NCBI RefSeq assembly: GCF_009914755.1
Contig: NC_060925.1
DNA: 64,000 bases
From: the human T2T-CHM13v2.0 reference genome, Homo sapiens
Direction: 5' to 3' (one strand)
In this document: piece after piece, positions 50,789 to 64,000 of the stretch
Layout: the number at the start of each line of letters is the position of its first letter
How positions within the stretch are numbered: position 1 is the stretch's first letter
The notes under the pieces: generated by a model
What the model was told of the DNA's origin: nothing
Databases searched by the model: none
Seen by the model: only the letters and a program-made list of their open reading frames with translations
Made by a program: the position numbers and the translations under genes

Positions 50789-50902
50789 GTAGCCTCTATT
50801 TTCCTTGTGTCTCATACCTCTGTCTAGGCTATGGAAGATTAATTCTGAGGACAGGCTGTATATACACATATTGTTATTGTTTTAGTCAGAAACTAGGATG
50901 GA

Positions 50903-51825
<923 letters not shown>

Positions 51826-52139
51826 AAAATGAAATCTTTTGTGCTACACAGAAACATTGGCCACTCATGGGGTAAAAATCTCAGGGCCAAGCCTTGCTTT
51901 ATAGAAACTTATAAGCAAGAAAAGTGTAGAAGTGTTTATGTCCTGGTTTCAAGGTGACTGCATAGCTGAGACAAGTTGACTTAAAGGAGATCAAGACTGG
52001 AGATGACAAGAGTGAAACCAGGGAAACATCATCTTCAAATAAGTAAACAAGGCTGCCAGTGACATCCCTCAGTCCTGATTAAGCCTATTTGATTTCACCA
52101 GTTTTTAACCCATCATGTGTTTGCCTTTCTTCTCCCCAG

Positions 52140-52349
52140 TCCCTGGCCCCACCTCTTCTGCCACAAACGTCAGCATGGTGGTATCAGCCGGCCCTTTGTC
52201 CAGCGAGAAGGCAGAGATGAACATTCTAGAAATCAATGAGAAATTGCACCCCCAGCTGGCAGAGAAGAAACAGCAGTTCGTAAACCTCAAAGAGAAATGT
52301 TTTCTAACTCAACTGGCCGGCTTCCTGGCCAACCGACAGAAGAAATACA
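52140..52349 (+). CDS. NBPF: NBPF unit 2 exon 1 (210 nt, hybrid)
   Basis: [55 protein letters not shown]...; AG/GT intact; in phase with the preceding exon. Confidence 0.9.
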
Positions 52350-54195
52350 GTAAGATCTATAGGCTCACCGTCATGAAAGTGATGAATGATGTCCTGTCTT
52401 CTCTCTGAGACACTAAATGCTCTCTCCATCAAAAATAATTTCATCCTTCCTGTACTTCTAGGAAAACAGAAATGGGTATTTTAACATTTTGTTAAAGTTG
52501 GAAGACAGAGGTACCAAAGTATTTAGCAACTTTCCATGTTTGCAATCAGATGGGGGTGGGACTAGAGTTAAACTCACAGTTATTGATTTCTAACACAGGC
52601 ACAGAACGACCTGTTTTCTCCAAGAGGCTCAATCATGTTTTCAAGAATCCTCTCTGTACCATATAAGATCCTGCAGACAAATAACATGTAGTCTGTTGTT
52701 CTAAATGTCTAGGACTAGTGAACTTTTATTCAGTTCAAGTTTCTGTTGAGGCCCAACAGGCAAAGCTCTGTTCTAGTGACTCTGAGGGGAACTTGGTGAT
52801 AGTACCCAGTACCTGCTCTGAGGGGCTTCAAGAGGAGTCTGCTCCTAATAGAACCTGTGCTATCTATAAGTGACAGCATCAAGAGCAGGGAGTAGGGGCC
52901 GTGCAACATGGCTCACTCCTGTAATCTCAGCACTTTGGGAGGCTGAGGCGGGCAGAGCACAAGGTCAGCAGTTTGAGACTAGCCTGGGCAACATGGAGAA
53001 ACCCCATCTCCACTAAAAATACAAAAAGTAGATGGGCATCGTGGCGGGCAACTGTAATCACCACTAATCGGGAGGCTGAGGCAGAAGAATCCTTTGAACC
53101 CAGCAGGCAGATGTTGCAGTGAGCCAAGATTGCACTATTGCACTCCAGCATGGGTGACAGGGCAAGACTCGTCAAAAAACAAACAAAACAAAAAGATAAA
53201 TAAATCAAAAATAAAAATAAAAAGCAGAGAGTAGCTTGGTGAGAGTGAAGTCCTGCTTCCTGGTGCACAGGCTCTTGTTCCTAAAGAGGAAGAAAGATCA
53301 CACCCGAGAATGTGTGGAAGCAGCAGTGCAGTGTGCAAAGCAGGGACCCTCAGCCTGTCTCCTGGGCTCCATCCAAGTTCCTTGTCTTGTCTGTCCCTCA
53401 GTTTCCTCATCTGTTCAGAGGGTACTACAATAATACCTACCTCTGTAAATTGCTGCAATGAATTACATGAGGCATTTCCTGTCAATCTCCTTGAACATTA
53501 ATTGGCACAGTGTAAACACTATCTATTAGTTCTTCATTCTGATGTTTCTAAATTAACACAAACTAATCTTATGCTGTTTCTAAATTAACACAACGAATCT
53601 AAATCTTAATGCTGCCTCTCATACTAATAAAGTATTTGGGCATATTTCCTTCATGGCCTTATTGTCTTATGTCTCACACTTTATGCTTCAGATATGATTC
53701 TTAAAACCATATCTGAATATTGATTTAAAAATGAAATATTTTTAAAGTCCTTGACATATTTGTCCTTGAAATACCCAGTAAAAGGGAAACCATCAGTCCC
53801 ATAGTCCTAGGGACCTTCCCGACTGTACAAGAAATCACTACTTCATGCCCCAGTGCAGTGTTTTAGAGGAGAGGCTGCAAGGCTTGGGAAAGTGGCCCCG
53901 CATTCAGAGTCAGACCTCAGGGGCTGTGAGTTCTGACTCCGCTTCGTTGTGGTTGAATCATCTTGTCAACTTCCTTGACGCGCCCTTGAGTTTCTCTTTC
54001 TTCGTCTTTAAATTTTGGAGGATCAGATGCCAGAAAGTCAGGAGACTGAAGAGTAAAGATGTGGAAATCCCTGTCTAGACCCTGGTACTGGGGAGAGTTT
54101 TGTCCTTGGGATGGACCTGGCTCCTGCCCTGTAGGCAGTGACCACAGCAGCATGTCCAGCCTTCCACTGAGGCAGGCGTGTCTGTCTTTTCTCAG

Positions 54196-54298
54196 AGTAT
54201 GAAGAGTGTAAAGACCTCATAAGATTTATGCTGAGGAATGAGCGACAGTTCAAGGAGGAGAAGCTTGCAGAGCAGCTCAAGCAAGCTGAGGAGCTCAG
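54196..54298 (+). CDS. NBPF: NBPF unit 2 coiled-coil exon (103 nt)
   Basis: Copy of 47844-47946 at offset +6352. Confidence 0.9.
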
Positions 54299-55127
54299 GT
54301 GAGGGGAACCCGTAGGGGGAGGCAGGCGGGTAGGTGTGTAGATCTCTGAAGTACAGCAGCTCGGCGGGGAGAAGTAAGAATGAAGCTGGGCCAGGGGAAG
54401 GGCAGAAATTGCCATGGCAGGCTCATGACACACAAATATTTATCAGAGAACAAGGATAATAATAAGTTCTGTGTTGCAGTTGTTTCTTAGAGCCTTGTTT
54501 TCTCTTTTTCAAACAAGTAATTGTTGAGGTGAAATTTACATAACACAAAATTCACCAAAGGAGTGGGAACCACCCAGCAGCATTCAGTATAATCAAAATG
54601 GTGTGCTATCGCCACCCCACTTACCCTTAGTGAGAATCACCTTCTGACTGACTGCGTCTTCTCATTCTTTCACTCAATCAATGTTGCCTTCTTGACCCTG
54701 TCATTCTTTTCTTCTTTCATCTTTTCAATTCGCCCCATCTGCACCTGGCCTCATTTCTGTACATGACTTTGTATCTAGTGGCCGCAAGATGCACTATGTG
54801 TATTTTCACATGGAAATGTCCATGGCCAGAGTGAGGAACTGAAAGGATGTCTTTGAAATGGAATTAGGAAGACACCTACTTTTGTTTACAGAAGAGAAAG
54901 ATGAATGGAACATCATCGAGGATCTTGCAGGAGCCCTCTCTGATACAGGGAAAGCCTGTAGACCATTTTCTGTTCTTTCTCTTGGCCACAGACATTCCTT
55001 TCAACATGTGCTGACCTTCTGCTTGAAGGTCTCCTTGTGAACATTGTCTCAGAAATCTCTGTTGCAATATTTGAACGGATCACTCAACCCTTTCTACTCT
55101 TAAATTTTCTCTACCATCTCACCTTAG

Positions 55128-55342
55128 GCAATATAAAGTCCTGGTTCACTCTCAGGAACGAGAGCTGACGCAGTTAAAGGAGAAGTTACAGGAAGGGAGA
55201 GATGCCTCCCGCTCATTGAATGAGCATCTCCAGGCCCTCCTCACTCTGGATGAGCCGGACAAGTCCCAGGGGCAGGACCTCCAAGAACAGCTGGCTGAGG
55301 GGTGTAGACTGGCACAGCACCTTGTCCAAAAGCTCAGCCCAG
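55128..55342 (+). CDS. NBPF: NBPF unit 2 coiled-coil exon (215 nt)
   Basis: Copy of 48776-48990 at offset +6352. Confidence 0.9.
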
Positions 55343-56392
55343 GTAAGGTGGCCATAGGCCCTGATGACCCAAAACCCCAGGCTTATGAGAGGCTCCAGAC
55401 CTCCATACTTTCACAATGACAGTTGTATCAGTGGGGTTTTTTTCTGCTACACCTATGTGGCCATGACATGACCAGGACTTCCTGGGTAAGAACAGAGATG
55501 GGAAACCCATGGTTTGGAGGTCACAGTATTGCAAGTGTCCCTCCTTCCTTGATGGAAGGTGGTCTTTGGAGCAAGAGGCAGCATCTATCTAGTTTTAAAG
55601 GACAAGAAGGAGGCTGTGATGGGAGGGCGCTTGTTGGAGTGAAAAGAGCTCTGGGCTAAGAATGAAGGTTCCCAGGCTGTCTTTTTGGCAATGTTCTTAG
55701 TAAGTGTCGGTGAGTGAGTGATTTATCTTTCCAGAGTTTCTCTCTCTCCATCTGCAAAGGCAGACAAATTGTCTCTTGCAAGGGTCTGAAGCATCCAAAT
55801 ATGGGAACACTTACGAATGCTTTTCAAAATGAGATGAAGCCCCTCTCCATGTGGTGTTGGAGAAGGCACTTGATGTGGGGGCATTTGGTGGTAGGAAGTG
55901 CTTCAGACTGGAGCACTCCCCATGGATAGAATGTCCCTGAATAACACAGCAGAAGCCACATGGAGGGCCTGTGCAGTCTCATGACGCATAGAGGACTGTG
56001 GGACAAGTTTGTCCTCTCCTAAGAGAAAGAATGAGGTTTGAAATGCGAACTGTGACAGGACACCAAGCCTGTTCCTGGGAATCAGATCTGTGGCAGGATG
56101 GGGGAGACAGCTGCCAAAGTCCAGAGAGAGGCTACACAAGCCTCCAGTGATATGGGAAGCAAAAGGTCTTTTCAGTATTTGGCCACATCTTGATGGTGGC
56201 CCTCCACATCAGAAATGCATTGCCCGATGGACCAGGAAACCATGCCAGGGCATTTTGTGAAAGATAAAACATGAGAGTTTTCAGTACAATGCTGAACCAT
56301 ACATAGATGTTCATGTCTCTGTGCACGTTGGGCTGACTGTGCTTGCAGAATGTGAAGTGGGAAATATCTGAACGAACATTTTGTATTTATAA

Positions 56393-56465
56393 AAAATGAC
56401 GAAGATGAGGATGAAGATGTTCAAGTTGAGGAGGATGAGAAAGTGCAGAAATCATCTGCCCCCAG
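56393..56465 (+). CDS. NBPF: NBPF unit 2 small Olduvai exon (73 nt) with mutated acceptor
   Basis: Copy of 50041-50113, including the AG>AA acceptor change (position 56392). Confidence 0.75.
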
Positions 56466-56928
56466 GTAACACTGAATACTCAGGAGCAAGTAATGGGTGG
56501 TAACATATGAAAATGTCTAGGAGGCACACCCTCTCTGGCATCTATGGTGGACCAAAAGCCCGCATCCCCTTGGCCACAGTATGTGAAATTGAACCCAGCT
56601 TAGACACAGGGTGCGGCAGCTGTCGTGTTTCTCTATGTGTGCCAAGTGTCATGTCTGTACCATACAGGGATAGCTGAGTCTTCATCCTCCTCAGCTCCTA
56701 TCTGTCCAGTGCACTGAATACCAGCTGCTCTCTTCCTCTCTGGCTCCCATGGCAGCCATGGTCTGTTGCAGAGAGAAGAGGATTGCCTGTTTCCTCTTTA
56801 AGGGAACCTCCATTTTGCTTTCTGGAACCACTCTCTTAATGCCACCTGTCAAAACCAGCTAGGACTCCCTGGGGTCCAATCCCTCTGTGTTTAATCTTCT
56901 GTCATCTCTGTCCCACCTGGCTCATCAG

Positions 56929-57140
56929 GGAGGTGCAGAAGGCTGAAGAGAGCAAAGTCCCTGAGGACTCACTGGAGGAATGTGCCATCACTTGTTCAAA
57001 TAGCCACGGCCCTTGTGACTTCAACCAGCCTCACAAGAACATCAAAATCACATTTGAGGAAGACGAAGTCAACTCAACTCTGGTTGTAGACAGAGAATCC
57101 TCTCATGATGAATGTCAGGATGCTCTAAACATTCTCTCAG
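56929..57140 (+). CDS. NBPF: NBPF unit 2 large Olduvai (CON1) exon (212 nt)
   Basis: Copy of 50577-50788 with TCC>TTC (S>F, 57021) and a silent TTC>TTT (57055). Confidence 0.9.
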
Positions 57141-57606
57141 GTAGCCTCTATTTTCCTTGTGTCTCATACCTCTGTCTAGGCTATGGAAGATTAATTCTGA
57201 GGACAGGCTGTATATACACATATTGTTATTGTTTTAGTCAGAAACTAGGATGGAGCTAGGTGCTGTGACTCACACATATAATCACAGCACTTTGGAAGGC
57301 CCAAGTGGGACGATGACTTGAGTTCAGGAGTTGAAGACCAGCCTGGACAATATGGTGAAACCCATCTTTACAAAGAATACAAAAAATTAGGCAGGCATGG
57401 TGCTGCATGCCTATAGTCCCAACTGCTCAGGAGACTTAGGTGGGAGGATCGGCTGAGACGATCCTCCCACGCTCGTTCACTCCTCTCAGGCTAGACTCTC
57501 TCTCCTTTTCATTGGCTTGTCTTAGCTATTAATAAGAAGTCTCGGCCTGGCGCGGTGGCTCACACATGTAATCCGAGCACTTTGGGAGGCCGGGGCGGGT
57601 GGATCA

Positions 57607-57870
<264 letters not shown>

Positions 57871-58491
57871 TCACATCTTAATCCCAGCACTTTGGGAGGC
57901 TGAGGTGGGCAGAACACCTGAGGTCAGGAGTTCGAAACCAGCCTGTCCAAGATGGCGAAACCCCATCTCTACTAAAAATACAAAAATTAGCTGGCATGTT
58001 ACTTGGCGCTTGTAATCCCAGATGCTTGGCAGGCTGAGGGATGAGAATCGCTTGAACCCGGGCGGCAGAGGTGGCAGTGAGCTGAGATTGTGCCTCTGCA
58101 CTGCAGCCTGCACGACAGAGTGAGACTCCGTCTCAAACAAAAAACAAAAAACCAAAAAAGAAAAAAATTAAAAAAGCAAAATGAAATCTTTTGTGCTACA
58201 CAGAAACATTGGCCACTCATGGGGTAAAAATCTCAGGGCCAAGCCTTGCTTTATAGAAACTTATAAGCAAGAAAAGTGTAGAAGTGTTTATGTCCTGGTT
58301 TCAAGGTGACTGCATAGCTGAGACAAGTTGACTTAAAGGAGATCAAGACTGGAGATGACAAGAGTGAAACCAGGGAAACATCATCTTCAAATAAGTAAAC
58401 AAGGCTGCCAGTGACATCCCTCAGTCCTGATTAAGCCTATTTGATTTCACCAGTTTTTAACCCATCATGTGTTTGCCTTTCTTCTCCCCAG

Positions 58492-58701
58492 TCCCTGGCC
58501 CCACCTCTTCTGCCACAAACGTCAGCATGGTGGTATCAGCCGGCCCTTTGTCCAGCGAGAAGGCAGAGATGAACATTCTAGAAATCAATGAGAAATTGCA
58601 CCCCCAGCTGGCAGAGAAGAAACAGCAGTTCAGAAACCTCAAAGAGAAATGTTTTCTAACTCAACTGGCCGGCTTCCTGGCCAACCGACAGAACAAATAC
58701 A
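58492..58701 (+). CDS. NBPF: NBPF unit 3 exon 1 (210 nt)
   Basis: [22 protein letters not shown]...[28 protein letters not shown]; AG/GT intact. Confidence 0.9.
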
Positions 58702-60478
58702 GTAAGATCTACAGGCTCACCATCATGAAAGTGATGAATGATATCCTGTCTTCTCTCTGAGACACTAAATGCTCTCTCCATCAAAAATAATTTCATCCTT
58801 CCTGTACTTCTAGGAAAACAGAAATGGGTATTTTAACATTTTGTCAAAGTTGGAAGACAGAGGTACCAAAGTATTTAGCAACTTTCCATGTTTTCAATCA
58901 GGTGGGGGTGGGACTAGAGTTAAACTGCCATTTATTGATTTCTGACACAGGCACAGAATGACCTGTTTTCTCCAAGAGGCTCAATCGTGTTTTCAAGAAT
59001 CCTCTCTACCATATAAGATCCTGCAGACAAATAACATCTAGTCTGTTGTTCTAAATGTCTGAGACTAGTGAACTTTTATTCAGTTCAAGTTTCTGTTGAG
59101 GCCCAACAGACAAAGCTCTGTTCTAGTGACTCTGAGGGAAACTTGGTGATAGTAGCCAGTACCTGCTCTGAGGGCTTCAAGAGGAGTCTATTCCTAATAG
59201 AACCTGTGCTGTCTATAAGTGACAGCATCAAGAGCAGGGAGTAGGGGCCGTGCATGGTGGCTCACTCCTGTAATCCCAGCACTTTGGGAGGCTGAGGCGG
59301 GCAGATCATCAGGTCAGGAGTTTGGGACCAGCCTGGGCAACATGGAGAAACCCCATCTTCACTAAAAATACAAAAAGTAGATGGGCGTGGTGGCAGGTGA
59401 CTGTAATCACCCCTGCTCAGGAGGCTGAGGCAGGAGAATCCTTTGAACCCAGGAGGCTGAGGTTGCAGTGAACCAAGGTTTTGCCATTGCACTCCAGCCT
59501 GGGCGACAGGGCAAGACTGTTAAAAATAATAATAATAATAATGATAAATAAAAATAAGAATAAAAAGCAGAGAGTAGCTTGGTGAGAGTGAAGTCCTGCT
59601 TCCTGGGGCACAGAGTCTTGTTGCTAAAGAGGAAGAAAGATCCCACCCGAGAATGTGTGGAGATAGCAGTGCAGTGTACAGAGCAGGGACCGTGGGCCTG
59701 TCTCCTGGGATCCATCCAAGTTGCTTGTCTTGTCTGTCCCTCAGTTTCCTCACCTGTTCAGAGGGTACTACAATAATACCTACCTCTGTAAATTGCTGCA
59801 GTGAATTACATGAGCTATTTCTTGTCAGTCTCCTAGAACATTTATTGGCACACAGTAAACACTATCTATTAGTTCTTCATTCTGCTGTTTCTAAATTAAC
59901 ACAAACTTTATTAGCATTTGGGCATATTTCCTTCATGGCCTTATGGTGTTATGTGTCACACTTTATGCTTCAGATATGATTCTTAAAATCATAACTGAAG
60001 ATATGATTTAAAAATCAAAGATTTTAAAAATCTTTCGCATACTTGTCCTTGAAATTCCCAGTGAAAGGGAAACCATCAGTCCCATAGTCCTAGGGGCCTT
60101 CCCGACTGTACAAGAAATCACTACTTCATGCCCCAGTGCAGTGTTTTAGAGGAGAGGCTGCAAGGCTTGGGAAAGTGGCCCCGCATTCAGAGTCAGACCT
60201 CAGGGACTGTGAATTCTGACTCCACTTCGTTGTGGTTGAATCATCTTGTCAACTTCCTTGATGTGCCCTTGAGGTTCTCTTTCTTCATCTCTAAATTTTG
60301 GAGGATCAGATGCCAGAAAGTCAGGAGACTGAAGAGTAAAGATGTGGAAATCCCTGTCTAGACCCTGGTACTGGGGAGAGTTTTGTCCTTGGGATGGACC
60401 TGGCTCCTGTCCTGTAGGCAATGACCACAGCAGCATGTCCAGCCTTCCACTGAGGCAGGCGTGTCTGTCTTTTCTCAG

Positions 60479-60581
60479 AATATGAAGAGTGCAAAGATCT
60501 CATAAAATCTATGCTGAGGAATGAGCGACAGTTCAAGGAGGAGAAGCTTGCAGAGCAGCTCAAGCAAGCTGAGGAGCTCAG
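60479..60581 (+). CDS. NBPF: NBPF unit 3 coiled-coil exon (103 nt)
   Basis: [35 protein letters not shown]; AG/GT intact. Confidence 0.9.
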
Positions 60582-61415
60582 GTGAGGGGACCCCATGGGG
60601 GCAGGCAGGGGGCAGGTGTGTAAATCTCTGAAGTACAGCAGCTCGGTGGGGAGACGTAAGAGCTAAGCTGGGCCAGGGGAAGGGCAGGAATTGCCATGGC
60701 AGGCTCGCTACACACAAATATTTATCAAACAGAGAAGGAGGATAGTAAAAATGTATGGGTTGCAGTTGTTTCTCAGAGCCTTGTTTTCTCTTTTTCAAAC
60801 AAGTAATTGTTGATGTGAAATTTACATAACACAAAATTAACCAAAGGAGTGTGAACCACACAGCAGCATTCAGTATACTCAAAATGGTGTGCCATCACCA
60901 CCCCACTTACCCTTAGTGAGAATCACCTCCTGACTGACTGCGGCTTCTCATTCTTTCACTCAATCAATGTTGCCTTCTCGACCCTGTCATTCTTTTCTTC
61001 TTTCGTCTTTTCAATTCGCCCCATCTGCACCTGGCCTCATTTCTGTACATGGCTTTGTATCTAGTGGCCGCAAGATGCACTATGTGTATTTTCACATGGA
61101 ATTGTCCATGGCCAGAGTGAGGAACTGAAAGGATGTCTTTTTGAAATGGAATTAGGAAGACACCTACTTTTGTTTACAGAAGAGAAAGATGAATGGAACA
61201 TCATCGAGGATCTTGCAAGAGCTCTCTGTGATACAGAGGAAGCCTGTAAACCATTTTCTATTCTTTCTCTTGGCCACAGACATTCCTTTCAACATGTGCT
61301 GACCTTCTGTTTCAAGGTCTCCTTGAGGACATTGTCTCAGAAGTCTCTGTTGCAATATTTGAGCGGATCACTCAACCCTTTCCACTCTTAAATTTTCTCT
61401 ACCGTCTCACCTTAG

Positions 61416-61630
61416 GCAATATAAAGTCCTGGTTCACACTCAGGAACGAGAGCTGACCCAGTTAAGGGAGAAGTTGCGGGAAGGGAGAGATGCCTCCCTC
61501 TCATTGAATGAGCATCTCCAGGCCCTCCTCACTCCGGATGAGCCGGACAAGTCCCAGGGGCAGGACCTCCAAGAACAGCTGGCTGAGGGGTGTAGACTGG
61601 CACAGCACCTTGTCCAAAAGCTCAGCCCAG
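61416..61630 (+). CDS. NBPF: NBPF unit 3 coiled-coil exon (215 nt)
   Basis: [71 protein letters not shown]; AG/GT intact. Confidence 0.9.
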
Positions 61631-62670
61631 GTAAGGTGGCCATAGGCCCTGATGACCCAAAATCCCAGGCTTATGAGAGACTCCAGACCTCCATACTTTC
61701 ACAATGACAGTTGTATCAATGGTGTTTTTTTCCACTAAGCTTATGTGGCCATGACATGACCAGGACTTCTTGGGTAAGAACGGAGATGGGAAACCCATGG
61801 GGTTGGAGGTCACAGTATTGCAAGTGTCCCTCCTCCCTTGATGGAAGGTGGTCTCTGGAGCAAGAGGCAGCATCTGTCTAGTTTTAAAGGACAGGAAGGA
61901 GGCTGCGATGGGAGCAGGCTTGTTAGAGTGAAAAGAGCTCTGGACTAAGAATGAAGGTTCCCAGGCTGTCTTTTCGGCAATGTTCTTAGTAACTGTCAGA
62001 GAGTGAATGACTTGTCCTTCCTGAGTTTCTCTCTCTCCGTGGCAGACAAATTGTCTCTTGCAAGGGTCGAAGCATTCAAATGTGGGAACACTTACAACTG
62101 CTTTCCAAAATGAGATGAAGGCCCTCGCCGTGTGATGTTGGAGAAGGCACTTTATGTGGGGGCGTTTTGTGGTAGGAAGTGCTTCAGACTGGAGCGCTCC
62201 CCATGGATAGAATGTCCCTGAAGAACACAGCAGAAGCCACTTGGAGGCTTGAAATCTTCTGATGCATAGAGGACTGTGGGACAAGTTTGTCTGCTTCTAA
62301 GAGAAAGAATTAGGTTTGAAATGCAAACCGTGACAGGACACCAAGCCTGTGCCTGGGAATCAGATCTGGCAGGATGGGGGAGACAGCTGCCAACGTCCAG
62401 AGAGAGGCTGCACAAGCCTCCAGTGATATGGGAAGCAAAAGGTCTTTTCAATATTTGGCCACATCTTGATGGTGGCCCTCCAGATCAGAAATGCATTGCC
62501 TGATGGATCAGGAAACCATGCCAGGGCATTCTGTTAAAGATAAAACATGAGAGTTTTCAGTTGAACGGTGACCCATGCCTAGATGTTCATGTCTCTGTTG
62601 CACATTGGGCTGACTGTGCTTGCAGACTGTGAAGTGGGAAATATCTGAACGAACACTTCTGTATTTACAG

Positions 62671-62743
62671 AAAATGACAACGATGACGATGAAGATGTTC
62701 AAGTTGAGGTGGCTGAGAAAGTGCAGAAATCGTCTGCCCCCAG
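62671..62743 (+). CDS. NBPF: NBPF unit 3 small Olduvai exon (73 nt)
   Basis: tttacAG|AAAATGACAAC; [25 protein letters not shown]; donor intact. Confidence 0.92.
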
Positions 62744-63207
62744 GTAACACTGAATACTCAGGAACAATTAATGGATGGTAACATATGAGGAATATCTAGG
62801 AGGCACACCCTCTCTGGCATCTATGATGGGTCAAAAACCCGCATTTGCTTAGCCACAGTATGTGAAATATAACCCAGCTTAGACACAGGGTGCGGTAGCT
62901 GTCATGTTTCTCTATGTGTGCCGAGTGTCATGTCTGTACCGTACAGGGATAGCTGAGTCTTCATCCTCCTCAGCTCCTATCTGTCCAGTGCAATGAACAG
63001 CAGCTGCTCTCTTCCTCTCTGGTTCCCATGGCAGCCATGCTCTGTTGCAGAGAGAACAGGATTGCATGTTCCCTCTTAATGGGAACCTCCATTTTGCTTT
63101 CTGGGACCACTCTCTTAATGCCGCCTGTCAAAACCAGCTAGGACTCCCTGGGGTCCAATCCCTCTGTGTTTAATCTTCTGTCATCTCTGTCCCACCTGGC
63201 TCATCAG

Positions 63208-63413
63208 GGAGATGCAGAAGGCTGAAGAAAAGGAAGTCCCTGAGGACTCACTGGAGGAATGTGCCATCACTTATTCAAATAGCCATGGCCCTTATGACTC
63301 CAACCAGCCACATAGGAAAACCAAAATCACATTTGAGGAAGACAAAGTCGACTCAGCTCTCATTGGCTCATCCTCTCATGTTGAATGGGAGGATGCTGTA
63401 CACATTATTCCAG
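63208..63413 (+). CDS. NBPF: NBPF unit 3 large Olduvai (CON1-type) exon (206 nt)
   Basis: [68 protein letters not shown]; AG/GT intact. Confidence 0.92.
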
Positions 63414-64000
63414 GTAGCCTCTGTTTTCCTTGTGTCTCATACCTCTCTCTAGGCTGAGGAAGATAAACTCTGAAGACAGGCTCTATAAACACAAATTCAT
63501 TTGAATAAAAAACTGTGATGGGTTTCTAAACAGATATCAGGGAGTTTTTTTGTCCTTCACAGCTAATGTCATGACTTTGTCTGCCAGTCCCCAGTATCAA
63601 GTTACTCAACCCCAGGCAAGTGTGACAATCTCATAGTCACCTGAGTGCAGGAGGTGCACAGGCAGTATCTGTCAGGCCTCCTAGCTTCGATTCAGTATCT
63701 CTTGTCATCTGTGATTAAGTCATCTGTCCCTGAACAATGTCCATGGAGTTTCTATGCCTGTTTAAGGAAGCTGGCAGCCTTGCCTTTGTATTTGGAATTA
63801 TTGTTCCCCAGGCTTCACTGCTCTCAGCTTTCATCTGGATCTCCTTTAAGTCAGCTTGCTTAGCTGCACAGTCACCCTGAAATCAGTACGGAAACTTTTC
63901 TTCTTTACTTTGCTGATATATTTCCATAAAGCAAGGCTGGACCCTGGTTCTCCACCCTGTCAATGCAATGGCTGATCCAATGTTTCTTTGTAGCATCGTG

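Noticed and set aside
61622-62284. Longest ORF in the track (220 aa, minus strand)
   Set aside because: It is antisense and intronic, the homologous intron in units 1 and 2 breaks it into short pieces, and it has no recognisable domain. Most likely a chance open frame.

Overview
Primate, human-like genomic DNA rich in Alu, L1 and LTR repeats. It reads as a chromosome 1 NBPF (Olduvai/DUF1220) segmental-duplication mosaic. In order on the + strand: (1) 0.5-2.35 kb, a diverged paralog of the 33.25-36.3 kb segment; (2) ~3.3 kb, a small promoter-like patch with two RFX X-box matches; (3) 14.2-20.8 kb, the three terminal exons of a disabled NBPF4/6/7-type gene, ending in a ~240-nt fold-back; (4) a solo LTR followed by a CpG-island promoter at ~24-25 kb; (5) ~21 kb of 5' leader with candidate non-coding exons, a solo HERV-K(HML-2) LTR5 and an antisense PFN1 processed pseudogene; (6) from 45823, the NBPF coding region, made of three tandem five-exon [coiled-coil + CON1 Olduvai] units and running off the window end. 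The strongest observations are a very recent, near-perfect 6352-bp tandem duplication with its crossover inside an exon, an AG>AA splice-acceptor mutation of the small Olduvai exon carried by both duplicated copies, and a 157-codon ORF that appears only when three leader exons are spliced. The exact NBPF paralog cannot be assigned without alignment. Family names rest on recalled sequences, not database searches. Nothing here is demonstrably a new biological system; the spliced uORF and the splice-dead units are the best candidates for undescribed regulation.
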